Origin: Octopus sinensis
Lineage: Eukaryota
Direction: 5' to 3'
DNA length: 64,000 nucleotides
Assembly: GCF_006345805.1 (NCBI RefSeq)
Contig: NC_043012.1
Coordinates: 48,546,001-48,610,000, forward strand
Below the pieces are notes generated by a model. That model made no database searches and was not told the origin of the DNA. It saw only the letters and a list, made by a program, of their open reading frames with translations. The translations under genes were made by a program, and so were the position numbers. Below, piece after piece: positions 1-14,207 of the stretch. The first letter of the stretch is position 1. Every line of letters starts with the position of its first letter.

Positions 1-207
1 CACGCAAGTGCGCGGATACATGTGGATATACATATAAATTGCCTTAATTAGTTACCCCGCGTAATAATGGTTAGAATTATCTTATTCACTCACAATATGT
101 GTTGTGGTGTTTACTGTTTGGTGCTGTGTTACAACTCTACACCGTCAATCATTGAGAGACAGCCTAGCTCCATCCAGAAACAATGAGGAGGGAGAAAAAA
201 AACATAC

Positions 208-314
208 TTTAGAATATTTACTGGAAATGTGTGTCATGAAGCTCTTTTCAAACAGCTTCCGAACTAATTCCCAAGAGTCCAACAAGAAAACGGCGCCGTT
301 ATGAGTTGGCGTAT
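208..314 (-). CDS. Candidate internal coding exon (107 nt, phase 1 to 0): (D)TPTHNGAVFLLDSWELVRKLFEKSFMTHISSKYSK; product unidentified
   Basis: On the - strand: long pyrimidine tract ...ctttctttgtattttggttttctttcaaattcccag, donor AAA|gtatgt. Only one frame is open, and GC is higher than the flanks. Confidence 0.5.
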
Positions 315-737
315 CTGGGAATTTGAAAGAAAACCAAAATACAAAGAAAGTGTAAAGAGATATAAATAAGTAAATAAAATGTAATGGAATTCGAATTGTT
401 GCTTGGTTACTATCAACTTGATCCTGTTTTCTTTTATTCATTGAATATCATTGACATTCTTCTAGCGTTATATATTCACAAATCTGAAGTTTGGATTGCT
501 AAAAGAAACAAAACACAAAGACAGAAAGAATAAAAAAAGATATGAGAATGACAGAATGAAAGAATTTTAACGAACAAACAAAACGAACGCACCAAATATA
601 AAGTGAAACAGTCAAACAGTCAAACAAAACAATCAAGTGTTATAAAACACACTGGGAGATGAATAATCACACAATTGACAGAGCTGTGCGCATGAATATG
701 TGATTGTAAGCGTATGTGTATATGCATATATATATAC

Positions 738-784
<47 letters not shown>

Positions 785-1043
785 TATATATGCATATATA
801 AGCATGCATAATCATGCACATGTATGTATGTCTACATGTGTGTGTGTGTATTTATATATATGTATATGTAAATATGTATATGAGCAAGCATACGTATCTA
901 TCTATCTATATAGATAGATAGATAGATATGTATGTATTATGTATGTAGATATGCATATGACATATATATATACACACACGCACATATATATGAATATTAT
1001 GTTATTCTATATAAAGATAAATAATGCTATACACGTACGAATG

Positions 1044-1107
<64 letters not shown>

Positions 1108-1431
1108 GTGTGTTTCTGAGTCGATATATGTATGCGTGGCAATTGCTAAACCAAAAAACATGGTTCCATTTTTCACAGTCTGTTGCAAGAAATACACGTT
1201 TCATAGAAATGGATGTCAAAATAATTCACCATTTAAAATTTTTCAAGGATATCCGATTTCACAAACGGAAAATAGTTAATAAGACAGATACAGTTTTATG
1301 GAATCTAACAAAGGCTTTGCAAATAAATGAAATAGAATCAGAACACAATTACTGCGCATGTATATTTTCATAATTTGCATACATTAAAAAATAACTGTAT
1401 CCAATGTTTCGGTGAATTTTTCCGCTTCCTC

Positions 1432-1527
<96 letters not shown>

Positions 1528-1693
1528 AAGAAAGAAAGAAAACTGGAAGAAAAAGGAAAAGATAGATAGATGGTAGACAGATAGACAGATAGACAGATAG
1601 ATACATACATACATACATACATGCTTACATACATTCATACACACATACATACATACATGCATACATATGTAGGTAGGTAGGTAGGTAGGTAGG

Positions 1694-1728
<35 letters not shown>

Positions 1729-1756
1729 TGATAGATAGATAGATAGATAGATACAC

Positions 1757-1842
<86 letters not shown>

Positions 1843-1890
1843 GTAAGTAGTTAGTTAATTATAGGTAGGTAGGTAGGTAGGTAGGTAGAT
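1432..1890. repeat. Compound tetranucleotide microsatellite (GATA/TACA/GTAG)
   Basis: Visible tandem runs. Confidence 0.95.
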
Positions 1891-1897
1891 AAATAAA

Positions 1898-2160
1898 TTG
1901 AAGGCTTCTGACATTGCAAAACTGCTAGAAGTTAGTCCAAGAACGTGTGTTACATATCTTTATAAGCTTGGATATTATGGACGAACCGCTAGAAGAAAAC
2001 CTCTCCTTCAACCAATTAATATCATGAAAAGAAAGGAAAAGTCAGAAAAATCCAGTTTATTTTGGGATAGAGTAATTTTCCCAGATTAATCCAGATTTGC
2101 ATGATCTTCAGACAGCGGACGTGTTTGGGTATGGAGGTTTCCCAAGCAAGAATTTAAAAT
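1898..2160 (+). mobile_element. Tc1-family transposase fragment (degraded)
   Basis: LGYYGRTARRKPLL...FWDRVIFPD*SRF...SGRVWVWR corresponds to the Tc1 RKKPLL linker and first catalytic D motif (VIFSDESRF). Confidence 0.8.
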
Positions 2161-2708
2161 TAAAATTTAAATTTAAATTAATACGTTCTGTAACCGACAA
2201 AAGCCACCGCAGTGAATTATTTTCTGCAGTATTATTTCCGGTAATTTAGCGCGCCAAAACGAGGACTTTTGAAAAATAATCACAAGTGTTATAGGTAGAA
2301 CTAGATACAGGTCCAACCTCGTGCGGACGTTTCGTGTATAGTTCTGCAAATTATATTTGTATTGACGATCACACTGTAGATCTCCGGACAGATTGCAAAA
2401 GTAAAATTACGTAATATGTTGATAGTGAAACATGTTTGTGATTAATCTATATTTTTGTTACTTTTCATTTGTCTTGCTCGCTTACGTTCTGGTGTTTGCT
2501 AAATTTTCTTGAGAACATTTCTTAGTGGTAATACCATAGCGGATCTACTTCTAGCATAAGTGTTGTCCACATAGTGGTCATCTCTCTCATATGTATGTAA
2601 TACAATTTACTGAATCTTCAGATTTTAATATGCTAGACCACTGGTTTTAAATTGATGTTAAATTGATACCCAATTTTTCACCCTCATTTTAAATTTGAAT
2701 TTAATTTA

Positions 2709-2740
<32 letters not shown>

Positions 2741-2787
2741 TGTGGTGTGTGCGCGTGTGTGTGTGTATGTGTGTGTGTGTGTGTGTT

Positions 2788-2878
2788 TAGTTAATCCAAA
2801 CATGAAAACACAAGGAGAAAACACAACGCGAGGACGTGGAACAAGTATAGTGTTATTGGACGCTCAGGAAAGAAAGAA
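2788..2878 (-). mobile_element. Truncated copy of Penelope-like non-autonomous repeat PLE-A
   Basis: Same sequence (agttaatccaaacatgaaaacacaa...ttggacgctcaggaa) as 26832-27010 and 60798-61002; stops before the ribozyme. Confidence 0.55.
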
Positions 2879-2918
<40 letters not shown>

Positions 2919-2930
2919 TATATATATATA

Positions 2931-3574
2931 GCGATATGAAGCGAGAGAATATTTGTTGTATATCAGAATATATGAAAAATGGCAAGAAATACAAAAGAGA
3001 CTAAGATAAACAAGCTAGATTGCAGTCAAGGTCGATTTGATTTGTGCAGTGATTAGAATATGGGGATATGATAAAACCTAGAATATTAGTTTTATTATGA
3101 GAGTTAAACGTAAGGTCTTCTCTGAATAAGGTAATAAGCTATGTAAACAAAAAGTTGTTTCCTTTATCACATCCAAATACACGCACACACAAGACACACA
3201 AAACGTACACATACACACACACGCACACATACATACACACATACACATATATATATATATATATATAATTTACAGAAGGCAAATTAGGTAGACAGGTGAA
3301 GGTAAAAAAAAGTAGGTGCATTTCTTCAACTCTCGGGAAGAATGGATATTCTTTGACGTTTCGAGCCTACGCTCTTCGGCAAAAAGGATGGAGAGGTAAA
3401 ATAAAATACGGAGAAAGAAAAACACATGGGGAGAGAAAAAGATGTGTATCGATTAACGATTTAACATATTCTTATATAAGTATTTCAACACGTACGCATA
3501 TATTGTATGCACACACACCACACACACACACACACGCACACACACACACACACACACACATACATATATTGTAT

Positions 3575-3638
<64 letters not shown>

Positions 3639-4166
3639 ACACACACACACACCACATACACACACACACAAACACACACATACACACACACACACACACA
3701 CACATAATCGCCCGTACATATTTTTATGTATACTTGTGTACGTTTTTTCTGTATACATTTGTGACTTGCAATTATATATACGAATTCATTTGCGCACACG
3801 CACGCGTGTGTTTCCCTTTGCGTTTGTGTGTGTGCCTATGTGTCTGTGAGTGTATGTGTGTATGTATGTGTGCGTGTGTGTGTATGTGTACGTTTTGTGT
3901 GTCTTGTGTGTGCGTGTATTTGGATGTGATAAAGGAAACAACTTTTTGTTTACATAGCTTATTACCTTATTCAGAGAAGACCTTACGTTTAACTCTCATA
4001 ATAAAACTAATATTCTAGGTTTTATCATATCCCCATATTCTAATCACTGCACAAATCAAATCGACCTTGACTGCACATCTAGCTTGTTTATCTTAGTCTC
4101 TTTTGTATTTCTTGCCATTTTTCATATATTCTGATATACAACAAATATTCTCTCGCTTCATATCGC
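2931..4166. repeat. Near-perfect inverted duplication: arms 2931-3246 and 3850-4166
   Basis: Direct comparison shows 316/317-bp arms; I saw a single 1-nt indel (ctagattgcagtc vs ctagatgtgcagtc). Confidence 0.9.
3290..3480 (-). mobile_element. Penelope-like repeat PLE-B with degenerate hammerhead motif
   Basis: gacgtttcgagcctacgctcttcgg is shared with 20020-20190; the reverse strand reads GAAGAGC-GUAG-GCUC-GAAACGUC. Confidence 0.5.
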
Positions 4167-4484
4167 TTCACACTCTTTTTTTCCTATTCTTCCAAACTTT
4201 GCCTTTCGTTTAATAATATCTGTAATAACACCTTTCGTTTTTGTATTCATTTTGGAAGTTTCTTAATTTAAACTCGTGCGCTGAAACGATGCAGGGCTGG
4301 AGAAGAGAGGACAACTGGTTGATTCATTGCCCAGCCACTTGCTGGGTAGGAAAGATGCGTAGGAAAACATCTTGCTTCGTTCATCATTTTTTAAATCTGA
4401 AGAAGGTTTTGCAGATTTTTTATAACCTCAGATATTATGATCATTTGTAGCATACGAATAAAGGTTTTACATTCTTTCCCCAAG

Positions 4485-4517
4485 ATCTCGAATTCACTCA
4501 TACTTTGCTCAAGACGG
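4485..4517 (+). CDS. Candidate 33-nt cassette exon
   Basis: ttttacattctttccccaag|...ACGG|gtgagt; 3n length, all frames open. Splice signals only. Confidence 0.25.
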
Positions 4518-4524
4518 GTGAGTA

Positions 4525-5045
4525 TTATGTATGTATGTATGTATGTATGTATGTATGTATGTATGTATGTATGTATGTATGTATGTACTTAGGATGTATG
4601 TACTTGGGACGTATGTACGCGTGTGTGTGTATGTATGTTTTTATGTATGTATGTTTGTATGCTTGTATGTATGTAGGTATGTATGTATGTAAGTTTGTAG
4701 GTATGTAGGTATGTATGCATGTTTGTATGTATGTATTAGGACGTATGTACGCGTGTGTGTATGTATGTTTGTATGCATGTAAATATGTATGTATATATGT
4801 ATGTACGTAGGTATGTATGTGTGTGTGTATGTATGTGCATGTATGTATGCATGTATGTATGTACGTAGGTATGTATTTATGCGTGTGTGTGTACATATGT
4901 ACGTAATTGAATGTGCATGTATGTATGTATGTAAGCATGTATGTATGTATGTAAGCATGTATGTATGTATGTATGTATGTATGTATGTATGTATGTATGT
5001 ATGTATGTATGTATGTATGCGAGAGTGTATGCACGTATCTATGTA
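4525..5045. repeat. (TATG)n-type microsatellite
   Basis: Visible tandem run; source of several spurious ORFs. Confidence 0.95.
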
Positions 5046-5565
5046 TGTACAAGATGGTATCGTGCATCGAGAATTCGTTCCCCAGGGCCAGACCGTAAAT
5101 TGAAATCCTACTTAGACTTTTGAAATGTTTGAGGGGGTCATCCGGAGAAAGCGACCGCATATTTAGAGCGCGAATAATTGGTTTCTTCATGAAGACAATG
5201 CTCCCTGTCACCAAGTTCTCCTCGCTCGTGACTTTCTCGTCAAAAACACCATGTTATCGCTTCCTTACCCGCCCGGTTTGCCAGATTTAGCACTTGCGGA
5301 CTTCCATCTCCTCTGCAAGAGGAAAACGAAGCTCGAAGATCGCCATTTTAGCATTGGTGTCGAAATCCGGAGCGAATCGTACAGGGTCCGCGATTCGCTT
5401 ATGGAAAACGACTTCTGTGCCAGATTTCATAAGTGGCAGGAACACTGGGACCGGTGTATTGCTGTGCAAAGTGACTGTCTCGGAGGAGATTATGCTAAAC
5501 TTTAGCTAAATAAATTATTTTTTATTAGACACAATTAGTCCGGGAACTTTCTGAAACTATCTCGA
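5046..5565 (+). mobile_element. Mariner transposase C-terminal fragment and 3' end
   Basis: DGIVHREFVPQGQTVN, FLHEDNAPCH, PYPPGLPDLALADFHL (YSPDLAPxD motif), WDRCIAVQ. Confidence 0.85.
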
Positions 5566-5981
5566 ATGTATGTATGTAACGTAAGCTTATGCTTCAGAAT
5601 AAGACATTTATATTCATATAATATATAAGATATATTATATACATATATACATAGTACCATATTTCTGAAAATCTCTCGTTCTATTCGGATTCCTTGACCT
5701 AGACGCGGTCATTGATCTAATTATTTTATGAGACTTTAGATACGTTGCGATTATATACCTAATATCTACATATGCACACGCATATGTGTGTGGAAGGATT
5801 TTATGTATTTACGTATGCATGCATATATATGTGTGTGTGTGTGTGTGTATATGGATATATATATACATACATATATATACATAATATATATACAAATATA
5901 TATGTATATATATATTATATACATATGTATATACATATATATGTATATATATATATACATATAATATATAATAATACATAT

Positions 5982-6028
<47 letters not shown>

Positions 6029-6129
6029 TACATATATACTATATATATATAATATATACATATATACATACATATTATATATATATATATTATATATATA
6101 TATATATTTCCTTTTTACTTTTCCTTTTA

Positions 6130-6390
6130 CGACCAGGCTATCAGATGTTGCTACACATCGCTGGTCACATTTTAGCCTTCAAATGGCGCCACCCCGCTGG
6201 CCAAGCGGGCCGGCCAACAGAAGAAAGAGTGAGAGAAAGTTGTGGCGAAAGAGTACAGCAGGGATCACCACCACCCCCTGCCGGAGCCTCGTGGAGCTTT
6301 CGGTGTTTTCGGTCAATAAACACTCACAACGAAACCGCGATCCTACGACCGCGAGTCCGCTGCCCTAACCACTGGCCCATTGCGCCTCCA
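6130..6390 (-). mobile_element. tRNA-derived SINE (tRNA-Arg-like head, GC-rich body)
   Basis: The - strand starts ggaggcgcaatgggccagtggttagggcagcggacTCGcggtcgtaggatcgcggtttcg: A-box-like motif, TCG loop, partial B-box. Confidence 0.65.
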
Positions 6391-6814
6391 CGTAAATATA
6401 TATATAGGTGCACGTTGAATATATTCCAAATGATTGATATAGAAGATAGAGTGTAAGTAGAAACTTTAATTAGCACAATGATCGTTTCGGCTGCCTTAGT
6501 GGGTGTGAAACGGTGTAATGACATCATATGCGTTCAGTGGGGCTGAACGAAAGACTATGTGGCTGGGAAGCTAGCTTCTTACCACACAGCCACGCTTTCG
6601 CTTATGTTTAGTTTTTACGTAGCACGCAAGTAATATTCGATATTCCGCCCATTCTCTACGTTTGTCTTTGTGACTAGGTTATCTAACATTCTACCAATCA
6701 GTTGCCAGATCACAATGAGGGCGGAGTGGATACGCTTCTTGCTATGTCTGAATGTATGGATATTATGGGAATGTCTAATACACCCTGCCATTATATATTT
6801 TATCTTTCTTTCTT

Positions 6815-7027
6815 TTTTACTTGTTTCAGTCGTTGAACTGCAACCATGCTGGAGTACCGCCTTGTACTTTTTAGTCGAACGGATAGACCCCAGTACTTTT
6901 TTTAAAAGTTTGATACTTATCCTATCAGTCTCTTTTGCGGAACCCCAAGGTTAGTGGGATATAAATACACCAGCACCGGCTGTCATGCGGTGGGAGGAGA
7001 GGGCAAACACAGACTCAAAGACACACA
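6815..7027 (-). mobile_element. SINE-A right half (degenerate)
   Basis: Homologous to the right half of other SINE-A copies (ccatgctggagtaccgcc...). Confidence 0.7.
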
Positions 7028-7340
7028 TTACTTGCTCTAAATTAATGTTATAGTTATAATTCTTTGAGAGGATTCTGGCCTAGCAATGATAGATTATTGA
7101 TTTCGCATTGAACTATATCTCATTTAGTTTCGCTAGAGAAAGAAGTTCGCATGTTCTCATAGCTAACTGTGTATATATTGAATATCTCGATATAAAACAT
7201 TTATACATGAACAAAAATAACATTTAATTTCAGCAATGCGTTCATGAAAAGATTATGTAATACACAACAATTAGTTCAGCCTCTTAATTAAACATGCTAA
7301 TTTGCACCATTACTCTATGAGTACAAGAAATTTGGGTTAC

Positions 7341-7726
7341 TACTCTTTTACTTGTTTCGGTCATTTTGACTATGGCCATGCTGGAGCACCGCCTTTAGTC
7401 GACCAAATCGACCCCAGGACTTATTCTTTTGTAAGCCTATTACTTATTCTATCGGTCTCTTTTGCCGAAGCGCTAACTTACGGTGACGTAAACACTCCAG
7501 CATCGGTTGTCAAGCGATGTTGGGGGGACAAACACAGACACACAAACATATACACTCACATACATACATACATATATATATTATATATATATATATATAC
7601 GACGGGCTTTTTTAGTTTCCGTCTATAATAGAAGACACTTGCCCAAGGTGCCACGCAGTAGGACTGAACCCGGAACTATGTGATTCGTTAGCAAGCTACT
7701 TACCACTCAGCCACTCCTGCGCCTAC
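7341..7726 (-). mobile_element. SINE-A with internal deletion
   Basis: tRNA-like head ggcgcaggagtggctg..., internal TA/CA microsatellite, tail gaaacaagtaaaagagta. Confidence 0.9.
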
Positions 7727-8284
7727 AGGATCAGTTTTGAAAGTTACCAACAAAAACCCCAGGGATCGAAACCTGAGAAAAATTCCAATGAGTTTAGGCG
7801 ATAGTGGGATTGACTGCTGTTGTTCATTCCATTTCTTCATGTAACAAACTCAGAGCCAAATATCTAATTTAACAAAAGCAAAACTAAGGAAAAAATCATG
7901 GCGTTTAAGCTGTCTAGAGTTTCCAATTCCCCTTCATCCTGCTTTCGCTGAGTGACGTAGAGGAATATTTCCTTCGTGAAGCGTATTAATTTCACGTTCA
8001 GTAATTTTCATTTCACTGTAATTTAGGAAGCTAGTTAATAGCCTAGTGAGAGACGAGTTCCTGGCATCGCTACGCCAAATTAAAACATTCTTTTTCGGTT
8101 CACTCATCAAACTATTGAGGACTACATGTCCTATTAATTTCACATCTACCAATAAATTTTTCCGTCGGCTCTATGAAATCTTATATTTGTTGGGCGATGA
8201 TTGATTTTTATGCCTCTATATTTCAATACGGTTACGTATGAGTTTGTATATGTGTTTATACGTACATATATTTTTGTATATGTT

Positions 8285-9061
8285 TATATAAGTGCGCATT
8301 CAAGGAGTATATGTCTATGTGTTCGTGTGGGAGTGGTTAGAAGGAGTATGTGTTCGTGCGGTCGGGCGGGCGGGCGTGCATGCCTGTATGTATGTCTGTA
8401 GATGTCTGGAGATCTTAGTATAAGTCAGTGTGTCTATAGTACTTGAAGTCTCAATCCCCCACCTACAAACATTAGTTGATGAATGGTAAAATTTTATGAC
8501 ACTTGTTGCTATTAGAATGATAAAAGGCAACAAGACGTGTTTGAACGATTTTATTTTATTATCGTCGGAGACAATCTAAATTGTACGCTTGCTTAATCAT
8601 ACTGTACTTCTTTCATGATAAACGATAGAGTTTGCTTCATTGCAATTTTCGATATTTTCGTTTTTACAAGCTGGTTTTACACCGCTACTAAAACTGAAAC
8701 AAACAAGCGGGAAGTGTTAAATATTATATGGAAATTACGCCACAAAACTTACTAACTTGCTTTCATCCGAAGACAAACGAATCCAATTGACAATTTGTCA
8801 GTTGCAACTAATTTTGAACAAGTAGTCTTTAGGTTTTTAAAATAACAATGCAAATAACAGGAAAGTTGCTTGCTAATAATTGCGAACTGAGCTTCAACAA
8901 ATTACTTCCCCGTAATTATCTTTTCTTCAAAAACTTCAATATAGATAGACATCACATTACAGATTATTACTATTATTACTATTACTATTATTGTTTTTTT
9001 TTATTGTTGTTGCTGTTATTACCTTAATAATAATAATATAATAATAATAATAATAATAATA

Positions 9062-9100
<39 letters not shown>

Positions 9101-9336
9101 CAACAACAACGATAACAATTACAAGTACTATTATTGCTGCTGTTATCATCATCATCATCATCGTCATAATCATCATCATCATTATTATTATTATTATTAA
9201 TATAGCGTGACAAGGTCTGAGCCGTCAACAAAATGTTTGTAAACTATAATTGCCCTGGACTCCAGCTAACTATTACCTTCAAACTCGGACACTGTTCTTG
9301 CTTTCGTTGTCGCTGATTTTTTTGTCGTCGTCGACG

Positions 9337-9389
<53 letters not shown>

Positions 9390-9625
9390 GATGGTGGTGG
9401 TGCTGGTGGTGGTGCTGGTGGTGGTGGTGGTGGTATTAGTGTTCTATGGGAAGACAGAGAGACAACACTAGATAAGCTTATTATATTTGTGTAAATATGT
9501 GTGTATCTGTGTGTGTATACGTGTACGTATATGTGTGTATATATACACTATAAATATGTATACATATGTATATATATATATACATATATACGTATATAAA
9601 CATACATATATACGTAAATAAATAA

Positions 9626-9689
<64 letters not shown>

Positions 9690-10363
9690 ACATATTTATA
9701 TGTGTATATATATATTTACATAGGTGTGTGTGTGTTTATATATGTGTCTTCTACTATAGCCTCGGGCCGACCAAAGCCTTGCGAGTGGATTTGGTAGACG
9801 GGAACTGAAATAAGCCCGTCGTATATACGTATGTATATATATATATATTATATATATATATATATATTATATATATATAATATATATATATATGTATATA
9901 TATATATATGTATGTTTGTGTATATGTTTTTGTGTCTGTGTTTGCCCGCCTAACATCGCTTGACAACCGATGGTGGTGTGTTTACGTCCCCGTAACTTAG
10001 CGCTTCGGCAAAAGAAATCGATAGAATAAGTACTAGGCTTACAAAGAATATGTCCTGAGGTCGATTTGCTCGACTAAAGGCGGTGCTCCAGCATGACCAC
10101 AGTCAAATGACTGAAACAAGTAAAAGAGTAAAATGTGTGTCTATATGTATATATGTGTTTATGTAAGTGATGTAAGTGCACATTCGAGGGAGTGTATCTC
10201 AATGTGTGCGTGTGCGAGTGGTTAGAGGGAGCATGTGCTCGTGCGGTCGGGCGGGCGGGCGTGCATGCCTGTATGTATGTCTGTAGATGTTTGAAGATCT
10301 TAGTATAAGTCAGTGTGTCTACAGTACTTGAAGTCTCAATTCTCCATCCACAAACATTAGTTG
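8285..10363. repeat. Dispersed direct repeat pair: about 8285-8480 and 10175-10363
   Basis: Shared core tcgtgcggtcgggcgggcgggcgtgcatgcctgtatgtatgtctgtagatgt...acaaacattagttga. Confidence 0.85.
9743..10131 (+). mobile_element. SINE-A, 5'-truncated
   Basis: Starts at gtgtcttctactatagcc and ends gaaacaagtaaaagagtaaaa. Confidence 0.9.
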
Positions 10364-10774
10364 AATATGTATAAAATTGAATATGTACATATATATAGTC
10401 ACAGTGTTATCACTGCTGTCGCCGCCACCATCACCATCTTCACAAGACGTACTTATGCAAGAAAGAATCTTTTCTTTTTGTTTTGTTAAAGGGTAATGTT
10501 TAGTAATTCTTTAGTTCAAGTTCAAGTTACGTCCCTAATACTGGGAAAAGCAATAACGCCATATATTCCGCAATGATAAAAGTTAAAACCTTGCAAGTAG
10601 GCAAGAAAAATATTTAGGTTTGTGCGACATACGTGGATGTACGCACAAGAAAAGAAATTTCTTAGACGTATCCATAAGAAGACATTTTGGCTGACTGTCA
10701 AGGACTCTTTCACCAAAGCGCACACGCACGCACGCACGCAGACAGATACACATTTATATATATTTGTGTGTGTG

Positions 10775-10811
<37 letters not shown>

Positions 10812-10933
10812 ATGTATATACATATGTATGTGTATACATTTGTATATATGCATATAAACACGTATATATACATACCTATACGTCTGTGTCTAGATATACC
10901 TTATATATATGTGTGTGTGTATGTATATATATA

Positions 10934-10979
<46 letters not shown>

Positions 10980-11193
10980 CATATATATATGTATACATAT
11001 ATACATATATATATACACATGCATATATATATATATATGTATGTATATGTATTCATAAATGTATATAATGTATATCTGGACATATATACATATAGGTATG
11101 TATATTACGTGCTTATATGCATATATATAAATGTACATATATATATATACATATACACATACATATGTATATATATATATATGTATATATGTA

Positions 11194-11251
<58 letters not shown>

Positions 11252-11940
11252 CATTCATATATTGTAGATATCTCCTTCCCACTAGCGGGGAGAGAGTGAT
11301 CCTGTGTTTAGCAACTATTTTAAAAATAGAGTGGACGAAATATAAACTCTTCCTCAGATAGAACGTTTGTCGATAGGAAAGCATAGATAAGAACCCGAGC
11401 TGATATGATGCCAATTATCGACTGTTATAAAGAATGGGAGAATAGAGAATAAGTGTTTGTTGGGAAACACAACAAAGCACTTCCTACATATTTGAAATAA
11501 AACGACATAAAATAACAGAGTCAGTTGCACTATACATTATCCGTTCGGCGGTTATTTTGATCCTAATTACATGAATATGGGATGATGGACACCTTGAGAA
11601 CTTAGAACAAATATAGATATCGTCAATGCGAAATCCAATGTTCGTGTAGCTATCGTGTCGATATTATACTGTATCAGGGCCAAATCTCTTAACACTAGCT
11701 TCGTAAGTCACCTGGCATTAGCACAAGTCAACAGTGCGGGCAACTCCACGTAACGTATTCCTTTAATCAGTCTCGAATACTCGCTAAATTCTCTCGGCCA
11801 TACACACGCTACTATCTTAAGGAACGGAAGGATACATTACAAAATATACTCCTACTTCTAGATAGTCCTAATTAAGACAGGATGGTCGAATCTGGAATAC
11901 GTTTGACAACACTGTGTAGCAAAATCTTAATTTTTTTTCT

Positions 11941-12924
11941 TTTAATTATGTATTTTTGTATTTGCTCAGTAAGTGTTATTTCCTATTTACTTCTATCTAG
12001 AAATCAAAGAAAATGACTACTATTCCCTTCAAACTTTGCTTTGGGACCTGGTCATCCATGTTTTGAAACTGATCTTTTTTCCATTACATTTCAGACAGAT
12101 TCAATGCTGAGTTGCTGAAGCAGAAATAGCCTTATAGCAAATATTCCGCTCAAGATTTGCTTGTTACTTGCTTGATCTCAACCACTTAAGCATTTTCCTT
12201 AATGGCTGACGACAATATGTGCACCTCTGATTGTGAGCAGGAGTAGTTGGGGGATTCTTTGGGGTTTGAATAAATGTAACAGAAGCAAAGTTTGAAGGAA
12301 ATATTGGCCATTTTTCATACGTTCGACTAGGTGGAAATAGTAGGAAATAACAGTTGCTACCCAAGGACAAAAACTGTTGTAAAATTGTGTTACACAGTGC
12401 AATTGATCTCATCATTGACCATTGAGAGTTGCTTTGAGATCAACAAGAGCGATTTTTCACAAACATGACAGCGTAGGATGTACAAAAGTCTGCTGCAATG
12501 TGAATGATAAATGAGTGTTATGTAAACCTAAAACGCTTAGACTCAGTCTTCTTAGTGTCGCTAAGATGACAAAAGTAAACAATTCCATTGTATACAGCCT
12601 GGTATTACATAACATGACTCAGTCTGCAGTGATGTAACTAATGATCAAATCATTTTAAGCGACTTAACATCAATCTATTGGCTAACTCTGCATTTCTGGA
12701 TTACACGTAGGCGTGTATAATGCATATATATACTTATATGTATGTACAAATGTATTTCAGTATGTGTGGATGTGTGTGTAGGTGTATATACATATATGCA
12801 TATGCTAATTCATATGTACGTACGTATGAATATATACGTATGTATGTATACAAATACGTGTATATATATGTGTGTGTGTGTATATATGTGTATATATACA
12901 TATATGTAAGTATATATATATGTG

Positions 12925-12970
<46 letters not shown>

Positions 12971-13785
12971 ATATATATACACACAATACATATATATGTC
13001 ACTGATTATTTGGCATTACTGATTATTTAGATATCGGTCATTTGTTACAATGGATTCATCTAGAAAAGCTTATATTGATATTATGTATTACTGGATTAAA
13101 CCAGCATAAATTTTTGCATGCCAGTATTTGGAAGGTTTCTTATTTGTAACGTTTAAAATGGATCACTACAGCAGTCAGACAACGTTAATCTTCAACTAAG
13201 CTGAGTCATGGTTTTAGTTTTGGCTAAAGTCATTTCGTTCACTTTACGACACTAATGTTCTAGGAAAAGACATGAATGTCGCGTTTCTTATACTCTTCAT
13301 TTAAAATAATAATACTATGTTACACGGTTTTTGTCCTTGGGTAACTGCTACTATTTTCTATTTCCTCACCCCTAAAAAGTGTGAAAAATGGCCAATATTT
13401 CCTTCAAAGTTTGCTTTTGTTAGATTTATTTAAACCCCAAAGAAAACCTCTCAACACATGACTATGATCTCCCCCGACTAATCCTGCACATAATCAGAGA
13501 TGCACATATTGTCAGCCGCTAAGGGTTATGCTCTAGTGGATAAGATCAAACAACTGACAAGCAAATCTGTGGTATTGGGTAGGATACTTGCTATAGGGAT
13601 ATTTATGCCTCAGCAACTCAGCGCTGAATCTGTCCGAAATGTAATGGAAAATAGATCAGTTCCATTGATGTTAAGGTCACAAACGCAAAGTTTGAAGGAT
13701 ATAGTAGTCATTTCCTTTGATTTCTAGATAGAAGCAATTAGGAAATAGCACTTACTGACCAAAGATAAAAATAAATAAGAATTTT
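11941..13785. mobile_element. Fold-back/MITE-like element with ~440-460 bp diverged inverted arms (11941-12378 and 13324-13785)
   Basis: Co-linear inverted blocks, e.g. aaaaatggccaatatttccttcaaa, gatttctagatagaag, tttttgtccttggg. Confidence 0.75.
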
Positions 13786-14207
13786 GTTAGACAGTATTTA
13801 GATTAATGGAAAGAAAAATTTTATGAATATCTTTATAGACATTAGAATAAAATATATCATACAAATACCCTTTTTCCAACGGTTATACATATTAGAGAGA
13901 AAGTTAATAGGTCCATAGTTCTTGATATAAGCAAAAAGCATGAAGTAATTAATCATTTCGAAAATCAAAACTTTGCCCTTATTTTGACTTAAAGCTGATG
14001 AAATTTAATTCCCATTCCGAAGAAATTGGTACCTCTCTCTTGAAATAGCTTCTTCTTATTTTGGCTTTAAACCAGTTCAAAATTTAATGATATGAATGTT
14101 TAGCTTGGAAAGGAATTAACAATCATTCTTGTGAAATATCTGTTACACTAAGAAATGCAATGAATTAATCTTCGCTGTCTTCGCTGAAACTAATTAAAAA
14201 AATAATA

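Noticed and set aside
6130-6390. Functional tRNA-Arg gene
   Set aside because: The T-arm and acceptor stem are broken and it continues into a repeat body; it is a SINE.
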